A stretch of DNA of 64,000 bases. Origin: Octopus vulgaris. Its lineage: Eukaryota. The notes beneath the pieces are model-generated. The model saw only the letters and a list, made by a program, of their open reading frames with translations, was not told the origin of the DNA and did no database searches. The stretch is from the NCBI GenBank assembly GCA_951406725.2, contig OX597816.1:36890001-36954000 (forward strand). The letters are read 5' to 3'. The stretch's first letter is position 1. Each line of letters opens with the position of its first letter. Positions 13,000-24,819 of the stretch are shown here, in pieces. The position numbers and the translations under genes were made by a program.

Positions 13000-14290
13000 A
13001 ACGAAGAGAGTTATGGTATCCTTGAATCTTGTGAACCAGTATACTAATAACGCCCCGACTGTACAATAGAAGCAATCAAATTCTGGTTGGAAAACTACCC
13101 CGAAGAAAGACCAGGTCGTATCAACAAAGAATTTATAATTGGAACATTGAAATTTATCCTCCAAAATATTTACTTGATACCAATTGCTACTGCCAAAAAT
13201 TTGGAATTGTGATGGGAAAAAGATAGCACCAGTTCTTGAAAATCCAGGAATGTATGTCAAGAATCACGAAAACCCACTAATGTATATCAAGAGTCGCAAC
13301 AAAAACATGGCAACCCCTTATGCAAATACATAAGAGAGAATTGGAGAAGATATCTAGATGATGATTGTTTAATTATTTGGAATGAAAATATTGTTAAATT
13401 ATCCGGATTTAAAACACTGCTCAATAAATACTAATGCAATGGAATACAGCAAAATAAGTTTAATTTCTAAATATTATGTTAAACGAGATATTAACCATAT
13501 TGAAACAAACATCTGTAATAAATATTATTTAGCAGAAGCCAACCGAGACACGTTAAATGATTTGCGCAACTGTGTTTTATAAAAATACATGAGACCTACG
13601 ACTTCTTGAAATTAAAACCGTGCTCGTCGAGAGGCAATATCGATTTTCTCACTAAAAGATGATGGGATAAAACGTGCTAAGAGAATTAATATCCAGACAC
13701 TAAAAGAAGTAAAATGATATAATAAACCTGATTTTAAAATATTACCCACAGCCCTTGAAACAATGAGGCATATAACACCAAAATATATATAACGACAAAT
13801 CCAATCAATATAACACCAAAATCGATCTATGCTCAATAGTGACTTTAAGGTGAATCAAATTGTCCGCGCACATAAAATTATTTGAAGTAAAAACAACCCA
13901 AATCACTGAAGAGAATAGAAAATCATTCCAAAAACAAGGGAAACAAGATTTTAAAAAATGTAGTCGACTTTAATGTTAAAAATGCCCCCATCTATTGAAA
14001 TTCCATTTTAAATATGGACAAAGATTATAAAATAAGACTGAGTGTGCATGCGCGTCCGAAACCTTAATCTGTTATAACCTGTTCAAGATATGCTCAGAAA
14101 TATATCGGAGAAACTGGAATATATGTTTTAAATTTACATATAACCAGAAAATTGGTAATTACCTCCACTGTTTCAAATAATAACTATTATTGACTACCTT
14201 CCCTAAAATTGATTTAACCTCCTGATTTAATTACAAAGTTACTGTTTTCCTAACAACACGGACAACGTTTTATTTTTCTGTTACCATTTC
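13000..14290 (+). mobile_element. Heavily decayed PLE (Naiad-like RT to GIY-YIG)
   Basis: Fragments EAIKFWLENYP..INKEFIIGTLKFIL, YCQKFGIVMG, WRRYLDD, KQPKSL, C.R..C..CP, ITCSR..KYIGETG; ends at (ATAG)n. Confidence 0.72.
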
Positions 14291-14317
14291 ACTATAGATA
14301 GATAGATAGATAGATAT

Positions 14318-14359
<42 letters not shown>

Positions 14360-14414
14360 GAGTGCCAACGAACGAAACTCAGACCTTAGGTCACTCCGTT
14401 ACTTCTACTAAATG

Positions 14415-14458
<44 letters not shown>

Positions 14459-15599
14459 ATTCAAAAGTCACTATACATAGGAAAACATTTTTTTATATTA
14501 TATTGTGTGTGTGTGTGCGTGCGTGTGTATGTGTGCATAACTGCAGTGACAGATCTTCATTTACGTATTTACTTTAGTAAGTACGTATATGTCAACACAT
14601 TATTAATGCACTGGTGCGCTATTCACCACTCTTCATTGGTGCTTTTGCAATTTAAATACATAATTCTATCTGATCCTGAAAATTATATCATTCATAGAGT
14701 ACCATGTGTGAATAATATTCTTAAGGTCCACACTTTCTCACTCGCGACCACTTCTACTCTTTGTCACTAACTCGGTTTTTAAACAAATTAGATAATGTTT
14801 ACATTTTTAGATTTGTCACATCCTAAGCTATATTTTCAGCTACAAAGTTTGAAATTTTTTTTCAAGTAATATTACTTATTACAGTACTAAGAAGACGAGC
14901 TGGAAGAATCGTTAACAGGCATGGTGAAAGCTTCGTGGCATTTCATCTGTCTCTACATAGTTTTCTATTAGAAAATGAAAGCACTATCATTATACGAGGA
15001 GGCATTTTTATTAAATAAACAAACGCAAAGCATTACAACGATCAAAGTTGTAAGACCTAAAGTTTTAATAAGCTTTTTGTTTGCTTTTAAACTTTAATTC
15101 AGTATTAAGGATTTAAATTATTGTTTCTGAGGATAAATTGACACGATAGTATGATTGGATTTTCAGCATATCAGAATTCAGATTTTTTTTTTATTTTCAG
15201 GCAAGTTGACTACAACAGTAGCTGAATTCCAAGCTTTATTTTCATTTTGCATGAATTTCGACTAACAAGGGCAAGTGGCTTTTCATGCCTTACGGTGGGT
15301 GCGTTAGCTATATTTGCATTTAAAAAAAAATATATTAGGCATGGCTTTACTATTCATCTGATCAGATTCACTTCTTACTATATAGTTGATATATTCTCAT
15401 ACCTCTCTTCTTGCTAGCTAGCTCTTTTTACTAAATATATATATATATATATAGGTAATTTATTTCTTGCTGTTATTAAATTAATATTCTTGTAGAAAAT
15501 AAGTTTTTGGCGCGTTTGTACTATGCACTTTGTTTCAATATAAAAATTTTATATACAGTGAATATATAGGATTTAATATTCTTTACAAATACATTTCTC

Positions 15600-16310
15600 A
15601 TTATCCTAAAAAATTACTTATTTTAAAGGAATTGAATATACAAGCAGTGGGGGGGGGGACCTTCCCTCCAACATTACCTCTAGTTTTACTCCATTGAGTA
15701 GATCTATTGTCTCTGGTATTCCAGAATATTCTACTTGATTGCTCTGAAATATCATCTCCAGCCCGTAACCCCAGTAGTTTATTTGTTGGCTCCGTGTTAT
15801 CTGGATGATTTGAATGTCGTTGCCTCCTCTTCATCTCCTTCTTCAAGAACCGCTGTCATCAGCCATTCGGGTATAATTTCTGGTGGAATCCTGCCTATCA
15901 TGACCCTGACAACGCGTTTGCCTTGGTAGGTAGGCAGGAGAGTTCATTTCTCCGAATATATCGCCAAAGTGGTGTACTTTCTTGCCTCCTCTTCGGAGAC
16001 GAAAGTAACTGTCACTGCCAAATTTTCTTCCTCTCGTGTAAAATGTAATAATGTCCTTGTATCCTTCCAGGCACTTCTCCGCGCGTTGCAATTTCAGTTC
16101 TCTTTCCGCTTCTCGATAATTTTCTATACACTATCTCCCTTTTTCTCATTCTATTGGTTTCTTTGCCTGGGGGCAAATGTCAACTTTATGTTAGACCCTT
16201 CCCTCTTTACCAAGAAATCATCCTCGAATTCCACTGCATGTTGCTCCGGCAAACCTGGATTCACAGCACCCTGTCTTCCAGTTACTGAATCGTAGCTCTT
16301 CGTCTCCATT
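15600..16310 (-). pseudogene. Possible decayed LINE ORF1-like fragment
   Basis: GC-richer block; frameshifted translation with TFVSEEEARKY..LPTYQGKRVVRVMIGRIPPEI, RRM-like; family not identified. Confidence 0.3.
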
Positions 16311-18140
16311 TTGACACCTTCAAAAATAAGAACACAAGCCTGCTAGCAGGCTAAATACAGTAAAATTTCCTTTTGTAAGCAACTCAATAATACTACCAAA
16401 ATAAAAGATGGTGTCATACTCATAGGCAGAATCAAATGATTACGTGTAGTGGAAGAGTTCAAATACTGGGGAATCATAATTATGACTACAACATTGTTCT
16501 AATTCAATTAACTAGTAGAACTAATTTTATACGTTTACAGAAATGTAGAGTGACGTTTATCTCTACAGGAGGGAATCGGGTCTGAAAACGTATTGAACAT
16601 ATTACCGTTATATAATTTAATGATTATATCCCGATTCCTCTACACAGAATGTACCCACATCTGAACCAATACCATGTGGGGGAGCCCTCGTAGTTATAGA
16701 CCATGTCAGGCCGTAAAGCAAGTTACAATCCTGAAGTTTGTTTATAAATGCCGCTAAAGTAGTGGAATTCTTATACTTAGGGTTTGAAAAGGAATTCAGA
16801 TGGGTCCTATATCGCCTTTTGAAGTCTATCGTACCACCTAGATATACCTTGATTTGTTTTGTATCTTGTTCTATTTACTGTTCTTAACCTTGATATCTTG
16901 TATCACTTTTGTCTCATATTTTAGATTATTAGACATTTTAGACGATTTAGGCGGTCTGCCATATTGAAGATTCACGTTTTTATTCCTATATTTCTCAGCC
17001 GTTCATTCGCTTTGTGCCTCCTATGTTAATCACGCATATCTTTTTTACATGTACTCCTTATTTATATATGATTTTATATGTATTTTTATGTATCTTTATA
17101 TGCTTTTATATATCTCCCATATTTTTACGCATGCTTGGTTTTATTATTTATGCCTTTGGAGACTCTTTACGCCTATACATGCACGATTTATGTTGATGTG
17201 TATAAATGTATATGACTCAATTACTTTGATTGAATATATTCCTTTATGTGTTTGGGAATTTGGTTGACTGCCTAGGATTTGCGTTTTCTACTTTGTATGA
17301 AATATGTATGTATGTATGGATGGATGGATGGGTGTATATATATGTATGTATGCATGCATGTATATATGTATGTATATATATGTATATATATATTATATAT
17401 TTCTATATGTATGTATATGTATACATACATACATAGAGTGAATATGAAGGAAGTAATGATGGTCTGTTTATGCAGTACGGTGTATAAAGTGTTGCCTTGA
17501 TCTTGAAGACGAAGAAATGCCCTTTTCGACAATGAATGATGTTTTCTTATGGTGCGAATATGAATATTAAGTTCTTATAATTAATCCTTTGCTCCAGTTA
17601 GTAGAAGGAGAATGTAACTAAAAGATTTCTTCACAATATGTTATTCTTTTAAATTTGAATTCATCTCAGACTTAGTTTTTAAATAACTATAGATGGTGAT
17701 TTAGGAACTAAATTGCTGCTATTTGAAGCAGGTCGCGTTTCAATTAATTAATTCAATTTTTTTTCTTTCAGAATGACTAATAATTGCCGCTAGGATATTT
17801 TTTATGCTGAAAATTTCAATTAATTAACAATTTTTTTGGATAGTTAATTATCGAAATTCACGCCATTTTCCCGTTGGTATTATTTCTACAAGTTCGTCTT
17901 AATTTTAATTATGCAAACTATACTGACCAAAAATTAGCTGTAACGCTGTTCCAACATATAAAAACTTTTTTATCGGTCTGTATTTGAATACGTTGCCGTG
18001 TTTTAACCATAGGTTGGTTTTGGTTGAAAAGGATCGAGATCAAAAGCTTTTCAGTCATGACCACATCGTCTTTTTTCTGTCCTTTGAAAAGGAGTCTGCT
18101 GTCACTTCTAGTATATATATATATACATATACACACACAC

Positions 18141-18188
<48 letters not shown>

Positions 18189-18267
18189 TAATATATATAT
18201 ATATATACACGTATAGCGTATATATATATATATATATAATTTGGATTTATTCCCTAATATTTATTAT

Positions 18268-18353
<86 letters not shown>

Positions 18354-18359
<6 letters not shown>

Positions 18360-18775
18360 TAATAAATATTAGGGAATAAATCCAAATTTACAGGGAAAAA
18401 TCAGATTTAGGATTGAATCCAATTTTATAGTAAAATATTATATAATATTAATTAGAGACAAAACCACTATTATGCAAATCAAACAAAGAAAGACTTAATC
18501 CAATACATAAAAAATTTTATATAAATTAAATAAAATTAAGTTATCCACTACAATTGTTTCTTGTCACTTCTAAGGACATTCAGACCTTCTATTCAATTTT
18601 AAATTATGAATTTAAAATTGAATAGAAGGTCTGAAAACCACCTGATGAATGTCCTTAGAAGTGACAAGAAACAATTGTAGTGGATAACTTAATTTAATTT
18701 AATTTATATAAAATTTTGTATGTATTGGATTAAGTCTTTCTTTGTTTGATTTGCATAATAGTGGTTTTGTCTCTA

Positions 18776-18790
<15 letters not shown>
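18354..18790. mobile_element. Fold-back PLE-terminal element inside (TA)n
   Basis: Tail 18354-18437, inverted arms about 18438-18582 and 18646-18788, nested hairpin 18579-18635. Confidence 0.82.
18638..18683 (+). ncRNA. Type I hammerhead ribozyme, intact core
   Basis: ccac-CTGATGA-a-tgtc-cttagaagt-gaca-a-GAAAC-aatt-GTA-gtgg. Confidence 0.85.
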
Positions 18791-18826
<36 letters not shown>

Positions 18827-18843
18827 GTGTGTATGTATGTATG

Positions 18844-18914
<71 letters not shown>

Positions 18915-19262
18915 CAGACTTTGTTTGGAGGTTTCAGAATGCATCTCAATTTCAAAAAACTTGTAGCCGTTTTTGAATAGATTTATTCAAATACCAAACT
19001 AATTTCAACAACATTTTGACGATCAATGGTACAAATATATATAAAAAGAAGTGAGGTTTTAGAGAGGGTTTTAAATTATCACGTAATAATTGGAGTAACA
19101 TGTTTATACCATCAAGTGTTCAAATTTTGAGAAAAAAGAACTAAACACATCACGAGAGAAATTGTAAAAGAATTTATTTTCTCTATCTCTCTCTTTACAT
19201 TTTGCTCTTACTTCCCCACTTATTTTATAAAAAAAACTCAATATGACTGAACTTTCAATAAT

Positions 19263-19405
19263 GTACTTTACTCTTTTACTTGTTTCAGTCATTTGACTGT
19301 GGCCATGCTGGAGCACCGCTAAGTTACAGGGATGTAAACACACCAGCATCGCTTGTCAAGCGATGTTGTAGGGGGACAAACACAGTCACACAAACACACA
19401 CACAA

Positions 19406-19460
<55 letters not shown>

Positions 19461-19708
19461 TATAATTTCAGTAAAACAATTAAGATTCAAGTGAGTTCCA
19501 ATGAATTCACAAGAATGTGGTACTTAACTTAGATGCACCAGAAATCTTTATGGTATTAGCCATAAAGTAATGTGGGCTGATTATAAACAAGAATAAAAAG
19601 AAACAAGAATGGATTAGTTGTTCAGTATGAAACAATTGTACTGAACAACTAATCCATTCTTGTTGCTTTTTTCTTGTGTGTGTGTATATATATACACACA
19701 CACACACA

Positions 19709-19802
<94 letters not shown>

Positions 19803-19988
19803 TATACATATACATATATACGACGGGCTTCTTTCAGTTTCCGTCTACCAAATCCAATCACAAGGCTTTGGTCGAAGAAGACACTTGCCCGAGTAGAAGA
19901 CACTTGTCCGAGGTGCCACGCAGTGGGACTGGACCCGGAACCATGTCGTTCGTAAGCAAGATACTTACCACACAGCCACTCCTGCGCC
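19263..19988 (-). mobile_element. SINE family A interrupted in its internal microsatellite
   Basis: Head at 19820-19988 and 3' part at 19263-19390 match 4580-4940. Confidence 0.85.
19463..19676. mobile_element. Fold-back PLE-terminal insert with half hammerhead
   Basis: Inverted arms about 19587-19627 and 19639-19676 around tGAAACaattGTA; tail on left. Confidence 0.65.
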
Positions 19989-20009
19989 CATACTTTGTTT
20001 ATGATTTTC

Positions 20010-20480
20010 ACAGAACGTTAACATTTACTATCGATCCCTGTGAAACTCAATGAAATTTATGTGGACATTTGAACATTTGAAGGTTTAAACATATTAGTAA
20101 AACTCCTCGAGGAATGTGAAGACGCATGCTGGAAAGCGGACCATTTTCCAATCGCAGTTGTATGTAGAGGGTTTGTTGGACACAGTGTGAGACGACTGTT
20201 GTTATCGTTAGGCCTAAATCATCGTAAAGTCAATACAACCATGACCGATATCAAAACTACAGTGGAGAAGGCTAGTCACTGGATTGGGTTAAAAAGAGAC
20301 GATGAGCGATGGCTAGAAGAATATTGAGCTTTATTTGATAACCAGTTGATCTAGAAAGCGGGGCCTCATATCAGTGAGGGGTTCCGGTGTGCATTGATGC
20401 CGTCGAGAGGTAGGCCCCGAAACGGCGCGCATTCTCACCTGATGATCCCTTACATTTGCTGGCTTCCGGTATGCGGAGTT
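20010..20480 (+). mobile_element. 3' end of a restriction-like-endonuclease LINE (Hero/NeSL-like)
   Basis: From 20103: LLEECEDACWKADHFPIAVVCRGFVGHSVRRLLLSLG..VEKASHWIGLKRDDERW, matching the EC..W...P.EVGCRGF..AS.WI..KR C-terminus of such elements. Confidence 0.65.
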
Positions 20481-20604
20481 CTTGACTGGTAGCACTTGCA
20501 TATACAAGTTGTTTGCAAGACATCTAGTCCAATCTTCTCATTTTAAACTCTCCTAAAAAAGAGAAAAAAAACTGAGATATATATGTGTATATATATATAT
20601 ATAT

Positions 20605-20805
20605 ATTTATTATATAGAAGGAGCTTCTACAGGACTAGAACTGTTTCATTCAAGAGAAATCATCAGGAAGCTCCTGATGATTTCTCTTGAATGAAACAGT
20701 TCTAGTCCTGTAGAAGCTCCTTCTATATAATAAATTAATTTTACTCTGCTATGTATTGAGTACCTTATTTACTGTGGTTAACCCCGAATCAACCCGGGAC
20801 CTACA
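20605..20805. mobile_element. Fold-back PLE-terminal element inside (TA)n
   Basis: Perfect palindrome 20605-20735 with 3-nt centre, plus about 70-bp tail. Confidence 0.85.
20622..20672 (-). ncRNA. Type I hammerhead ribozyme, intact core
   Basis: agcttc-CTGATGA-t-ttc-tctt-gaa-t-GAAAC-ag-ttctagtc-ct-GTA-gaagct; core repeated on plus strand at 20674-20712. Confidence 0.85.
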
Positions 20806-20838
20806 TATATATATATATATATATATACATACATATCA

Positions 20839-20867
<29 letters not shown>

Positions 20868-20872
<5 letters not shown>

Positions 20873-21035
20873 AATATTAGGGAATAAATCCAAATTTACA
20901 GGGAAAAAATCAGATTTAGGATTAAATCCAATTTTATAGTAAAATATTATATAATATTATTAGAGACAAAACCACTATTTTGCAAAACAAACAAGGAAAG
21001 ACTTAATCAATACATAAAATTTTAATAAAAAGTCA
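20868..21035 (-). mobile_element. Second, truncated copy of the 18354 element tail
   Basis: AATAAATATTAGGGAATAAATCCAAATTTACAGGG..GACTTAATC nearly identical to 18358-18520; abuts (TA)n. Confidence 0.85.
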
Positions 21036-21797
21036 ATATATATATACGCACACATTGACACTATAGGTTTTCTTTTTAATCTATTTTAATTCAAGAAACA
21101 TTCTTTCATAGCGTGCATCAAGTACTTTACTAGCCAATCCACTGCAGTTTGGGTCGAATATGTAGCAACATTAAAGATGTTAATTTTATCGACTTCATAA
21201 TTTACAGACAAAATTTGTAATTTCTTGGTATGAACTGAAATTTCATATTCATTTACTAGTCAGTGTTTGTGTGTTTGCGTGTGTGAGTGTCTGTGTGAGT
21301 GTGTGTGTGAGTGTCTGTGTGAGTGTGTGTGTGCGTATGTTTGTGCGTGTGTGTGTGTATAGGTATGCAAAGTTTTATTTGCAGTATAGAAACCTCATTT
21401 CTTTTCCTTAGAACTATATTTTCTAATCACTTTTACACATATAAATGGTTCAGAAATAGTTGAAATTCCATCCAAGAGAAGTACAATAATAGATTCTATT
21501 GTTTAAGCAAAAGTTTTCCGCAGACTTATGATTAAATTATATTTCGTAAATATAATAAAAATACATTTTTTGAAAATGTTTGTTTGCATATGAGAATTAT
21601 AATTAAATTTACTGTCATGCTTTTTAATTCTAGTGAATAGTGTGCATTTGTGTTATTCTTCTAAAACATCATGTCTGATGCCCTATTAAACAAATCTATG
21701 AACTGAATATGATCACTGTCTTTCACGTTGACAAATATTATAAACATTTGCATGTGTGTATGTGAGTATGCATGTACATATATGTACAGATACATAT

Positions 21798-21845
<48 letters not shown>

Positions 21846-22659
21846 GTATATATATAGATAGATATATAAACATATATATATATATATAAACATTTAAATA
21901 TATATATATATGTATATATATGCATGCATACATATATACATACATGCATGCACACATGCATATATGTGTATTGTGTGGGTGTATATGTATGACTATGTGC
22001 ATCTATGTTATAATGTTTATTGATAGATTTGTTGCCAATGGCGAAATAACCGTATTCTAACCTACACCGAAGATTCCTTCTTTGGAATTTCAACAACATC
22101 TGAAGGATAGCTTTGGATGTATGTCTGTATAAGTGAAAGTATTTGGGTTCGGTGCCTATGCAGATATGTATGCAATGTATTACGTATGTACAGTCATACA
22201 GATACGTCTAAACATGTATTTATGTACTCATTAGATAAACTCTTTACAAATTTTGTCAGTTCCATTAATGGCTTGTGTCTATAATCTTCTAATTAACTGT
22301 CTCCTTTCTGATTTCGAGTATACTAATTCCTCAAGATTGGTGCTGAGAGAGTTATGTTACATATCCTAGTGTACCAATAATAACTGGTATAAATTTGAAC
22401 TTGAGCCGGGGTACAGAAGCTGTAATGCATGGAAGTTTTCAAAATCTGCTTGGACTGCTATTCAGAGATAATTGTTCTGGGGCTAAAAGCAACTGGCATT
22501 TCCGAATTAAAGTTATCTAACCTTAACCGTAACGGTATTCTTACACTACTATACAGCTGCAGGCATACTAGTCAGAAGTACATAGCATCTGTGCGTAATC
22601 AGCCGCATAGACCCAGGTGGGCCCGTCTAAACATCTGCACTTATTTGTAGCCATATTCA

Positions 22660-22972
22660 CTTCGAGGTACAGTGTTAAATGGTTTATTTTGATATATCGC
22701 GATGCTTCTACGTCTTCATTTTAAATTGAAGTCATTTTCTGTAGGCGAGTCGAGAACCTTCTGTAGTTCGCTCTTGATCTCGACAAAGGTGTTAAATGGT
22801 GACATATGAGCTGCATTTTCATCTCGGAGAATAGATGGAAGTCTGCAGGTACAAATCTGTCGAATAGGGCGGATGCGGAAGGGATATCATGTTGTTTTAA
22901 GAAGAAACTCACGAGTGAGGAGAGCTTGGTAACAGGATGCATTGTCGTTGTGAAGAATTCAATTCTTCGCAC
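22660..22972 (-). mobile_element. Mariner transposase C-terminal remnant
   Basis: ILHNDNA..HPPYSTD..PADFHLFSEMKMQL, the HDNA and YSPDLAPxD motifs. Confidence 0.78.
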
Positions 22973-23345
22973 TGATATTGATGATCTGCGTAGTTAAATG
23001 ATTCTTTTAAGCATAGTTTGCATTTACCTATAATGTATTATAATGTTGAGCTTCTTTTATTATGGACTGAGCCAGTGTACATTGTATATTTTATGATTTA
23101 AGATCATGTATGTGTGTGGCTAATGATCCCGAGAATTTGGAGTCTTTCTTAGTGAAAGAATTTAAGTGAGCTTGATATCGACGTCTAAAGTATATGGTAC
23201 TGCCTATATACCTCTTTGCTTGGTGTTTACCTGGTGTTTCTACACGACATTTATAAACCACATTTTTTACGCAGACAAAGGCCCCCAAGCGAGCATATAT
23301 CAGATATTACAGGTTTTCCTTTTTGTTCTACTATTTACATTGGTC
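22973..23345 (-). mobile_element. PLE GIY-YIG fragment, copy of 25464-25840
   Basis: KNVVYKCRV..RYIGST..FRRRYQAH..LATHIHDLK; high DNA similarity to the 25.5-kb copy. Confidence 0.82.
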
Positions 23346-24786
23346 GCTTTTGCCCAATGTTCCTCTTCAAACGCTTCAAAACGTCGAAGTAGAACTTGAA
23401 TTCCCACTTGCGAATTCATAGTCACTTTGATGCAAAGACATCTAATTTATGTTCATTACCGAACATTTATGATTCAAACTATAGGATATCTTTCCATCAA
23501 AGAGCACTTTAATCTAATATATTTCAAGCTGTTCTTCACAGTTGTATTCACTTCGAAATACTCTAGTACAAGTCTTAATTGAATATTTCTGGATTCCTCT
23601 ACATTATTTTGTATTCTAAATGTAAATGCTCATACATACATACATACATACATACATACATACATACATACATACATACATACATACATACATACATACA
23701 TACATAAATATATACATACATATTTGGTTGTTTGGTAATGTTAATCAACTTGTTGAAAACGATAAAACGTTTATTGATGGCGGGATTTAGATTATATACC
23801 AGAGGAAAATACATTGATAATATCGACAGGAAAAAGCTATTGAAGATGGAACTTGAAAATCAAATCAACTTAGTAGTATGTGTGTTAGTGTGTGTGTGAG
23901 TGATTGTGAGTGTATATGTATATGTATGCATATATGTGTGTGTGCTTATCTGGGTTTGTCTTAAGTAATCGGCCTGTGGATCAGTCTAAACAACCTGCTA
24001 AAATCTAATAAGTACGTTTTCTCTAGTTAGATTAAAACGAACGTGTATATATGTGTGTGTGTTAAATACCTATGCAGTGATTTGTGAATTCTCGACAAAA
24101 CGTAATTTAACGAATTTTTTCAAGAATTTAAATTGCCTCCGACTGCATTCTACTATATCTTTAAAAATTAACTATTGTTAATTTGGGAACCTGGAAAGAA
24201 ACTTCCCACAACCACTTATGAACGCAATGCCCAGGGATATACGCGTTATCTGTGCATATTGTCAATTAATGGACTTCATCTCAAGGGATTACGAACTTGG
24301 TTTTATGCATTGATTGTTACTTCCTACACGGTTTTTATTGTGAGGCATTTTCAGAGTGAAACCTTTTGTTTGTTCTAAGAGACATAACCTTTCTTTAGAT
24401 TACTCCAGGAAAACGTGACAGCTCCGATTAACTAGCCTTTGCAAATGGATAATGATATCGCTTATTACTTGTTTGAAATGTGAATAATCATTTGTTGTTG
24501 CGATTCCATTTAAAGTGAATTGGAAATGAATCCTTTAGCTGACATGAAGAAATCTTAACCCTAATATATCAAAGTGCGATATGACTTTTTTCTTTTGCTT
24601 AAATCCAGGCAAATTCAAAGCAAATGACTTAACACCAAGTTCTATAAGCACAAGGAGGCTATATGCAATATTTACAATATATACATATATACATATGGGT
24701 ATGCTTGTTTGTATGTCTGTGTGCATACATGTATATCTGTATATGTATGCATACATAGACACACACACACATACACACACACACAC

Positions 24787-24817
<31 letters not shown>

Positions 24818-24819
<2 letters not shown>

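Noticed and set aside
16620-17530. Possible further PLE 3' remnant
   Set aside because: Only vague motif traces; too degenerate to support
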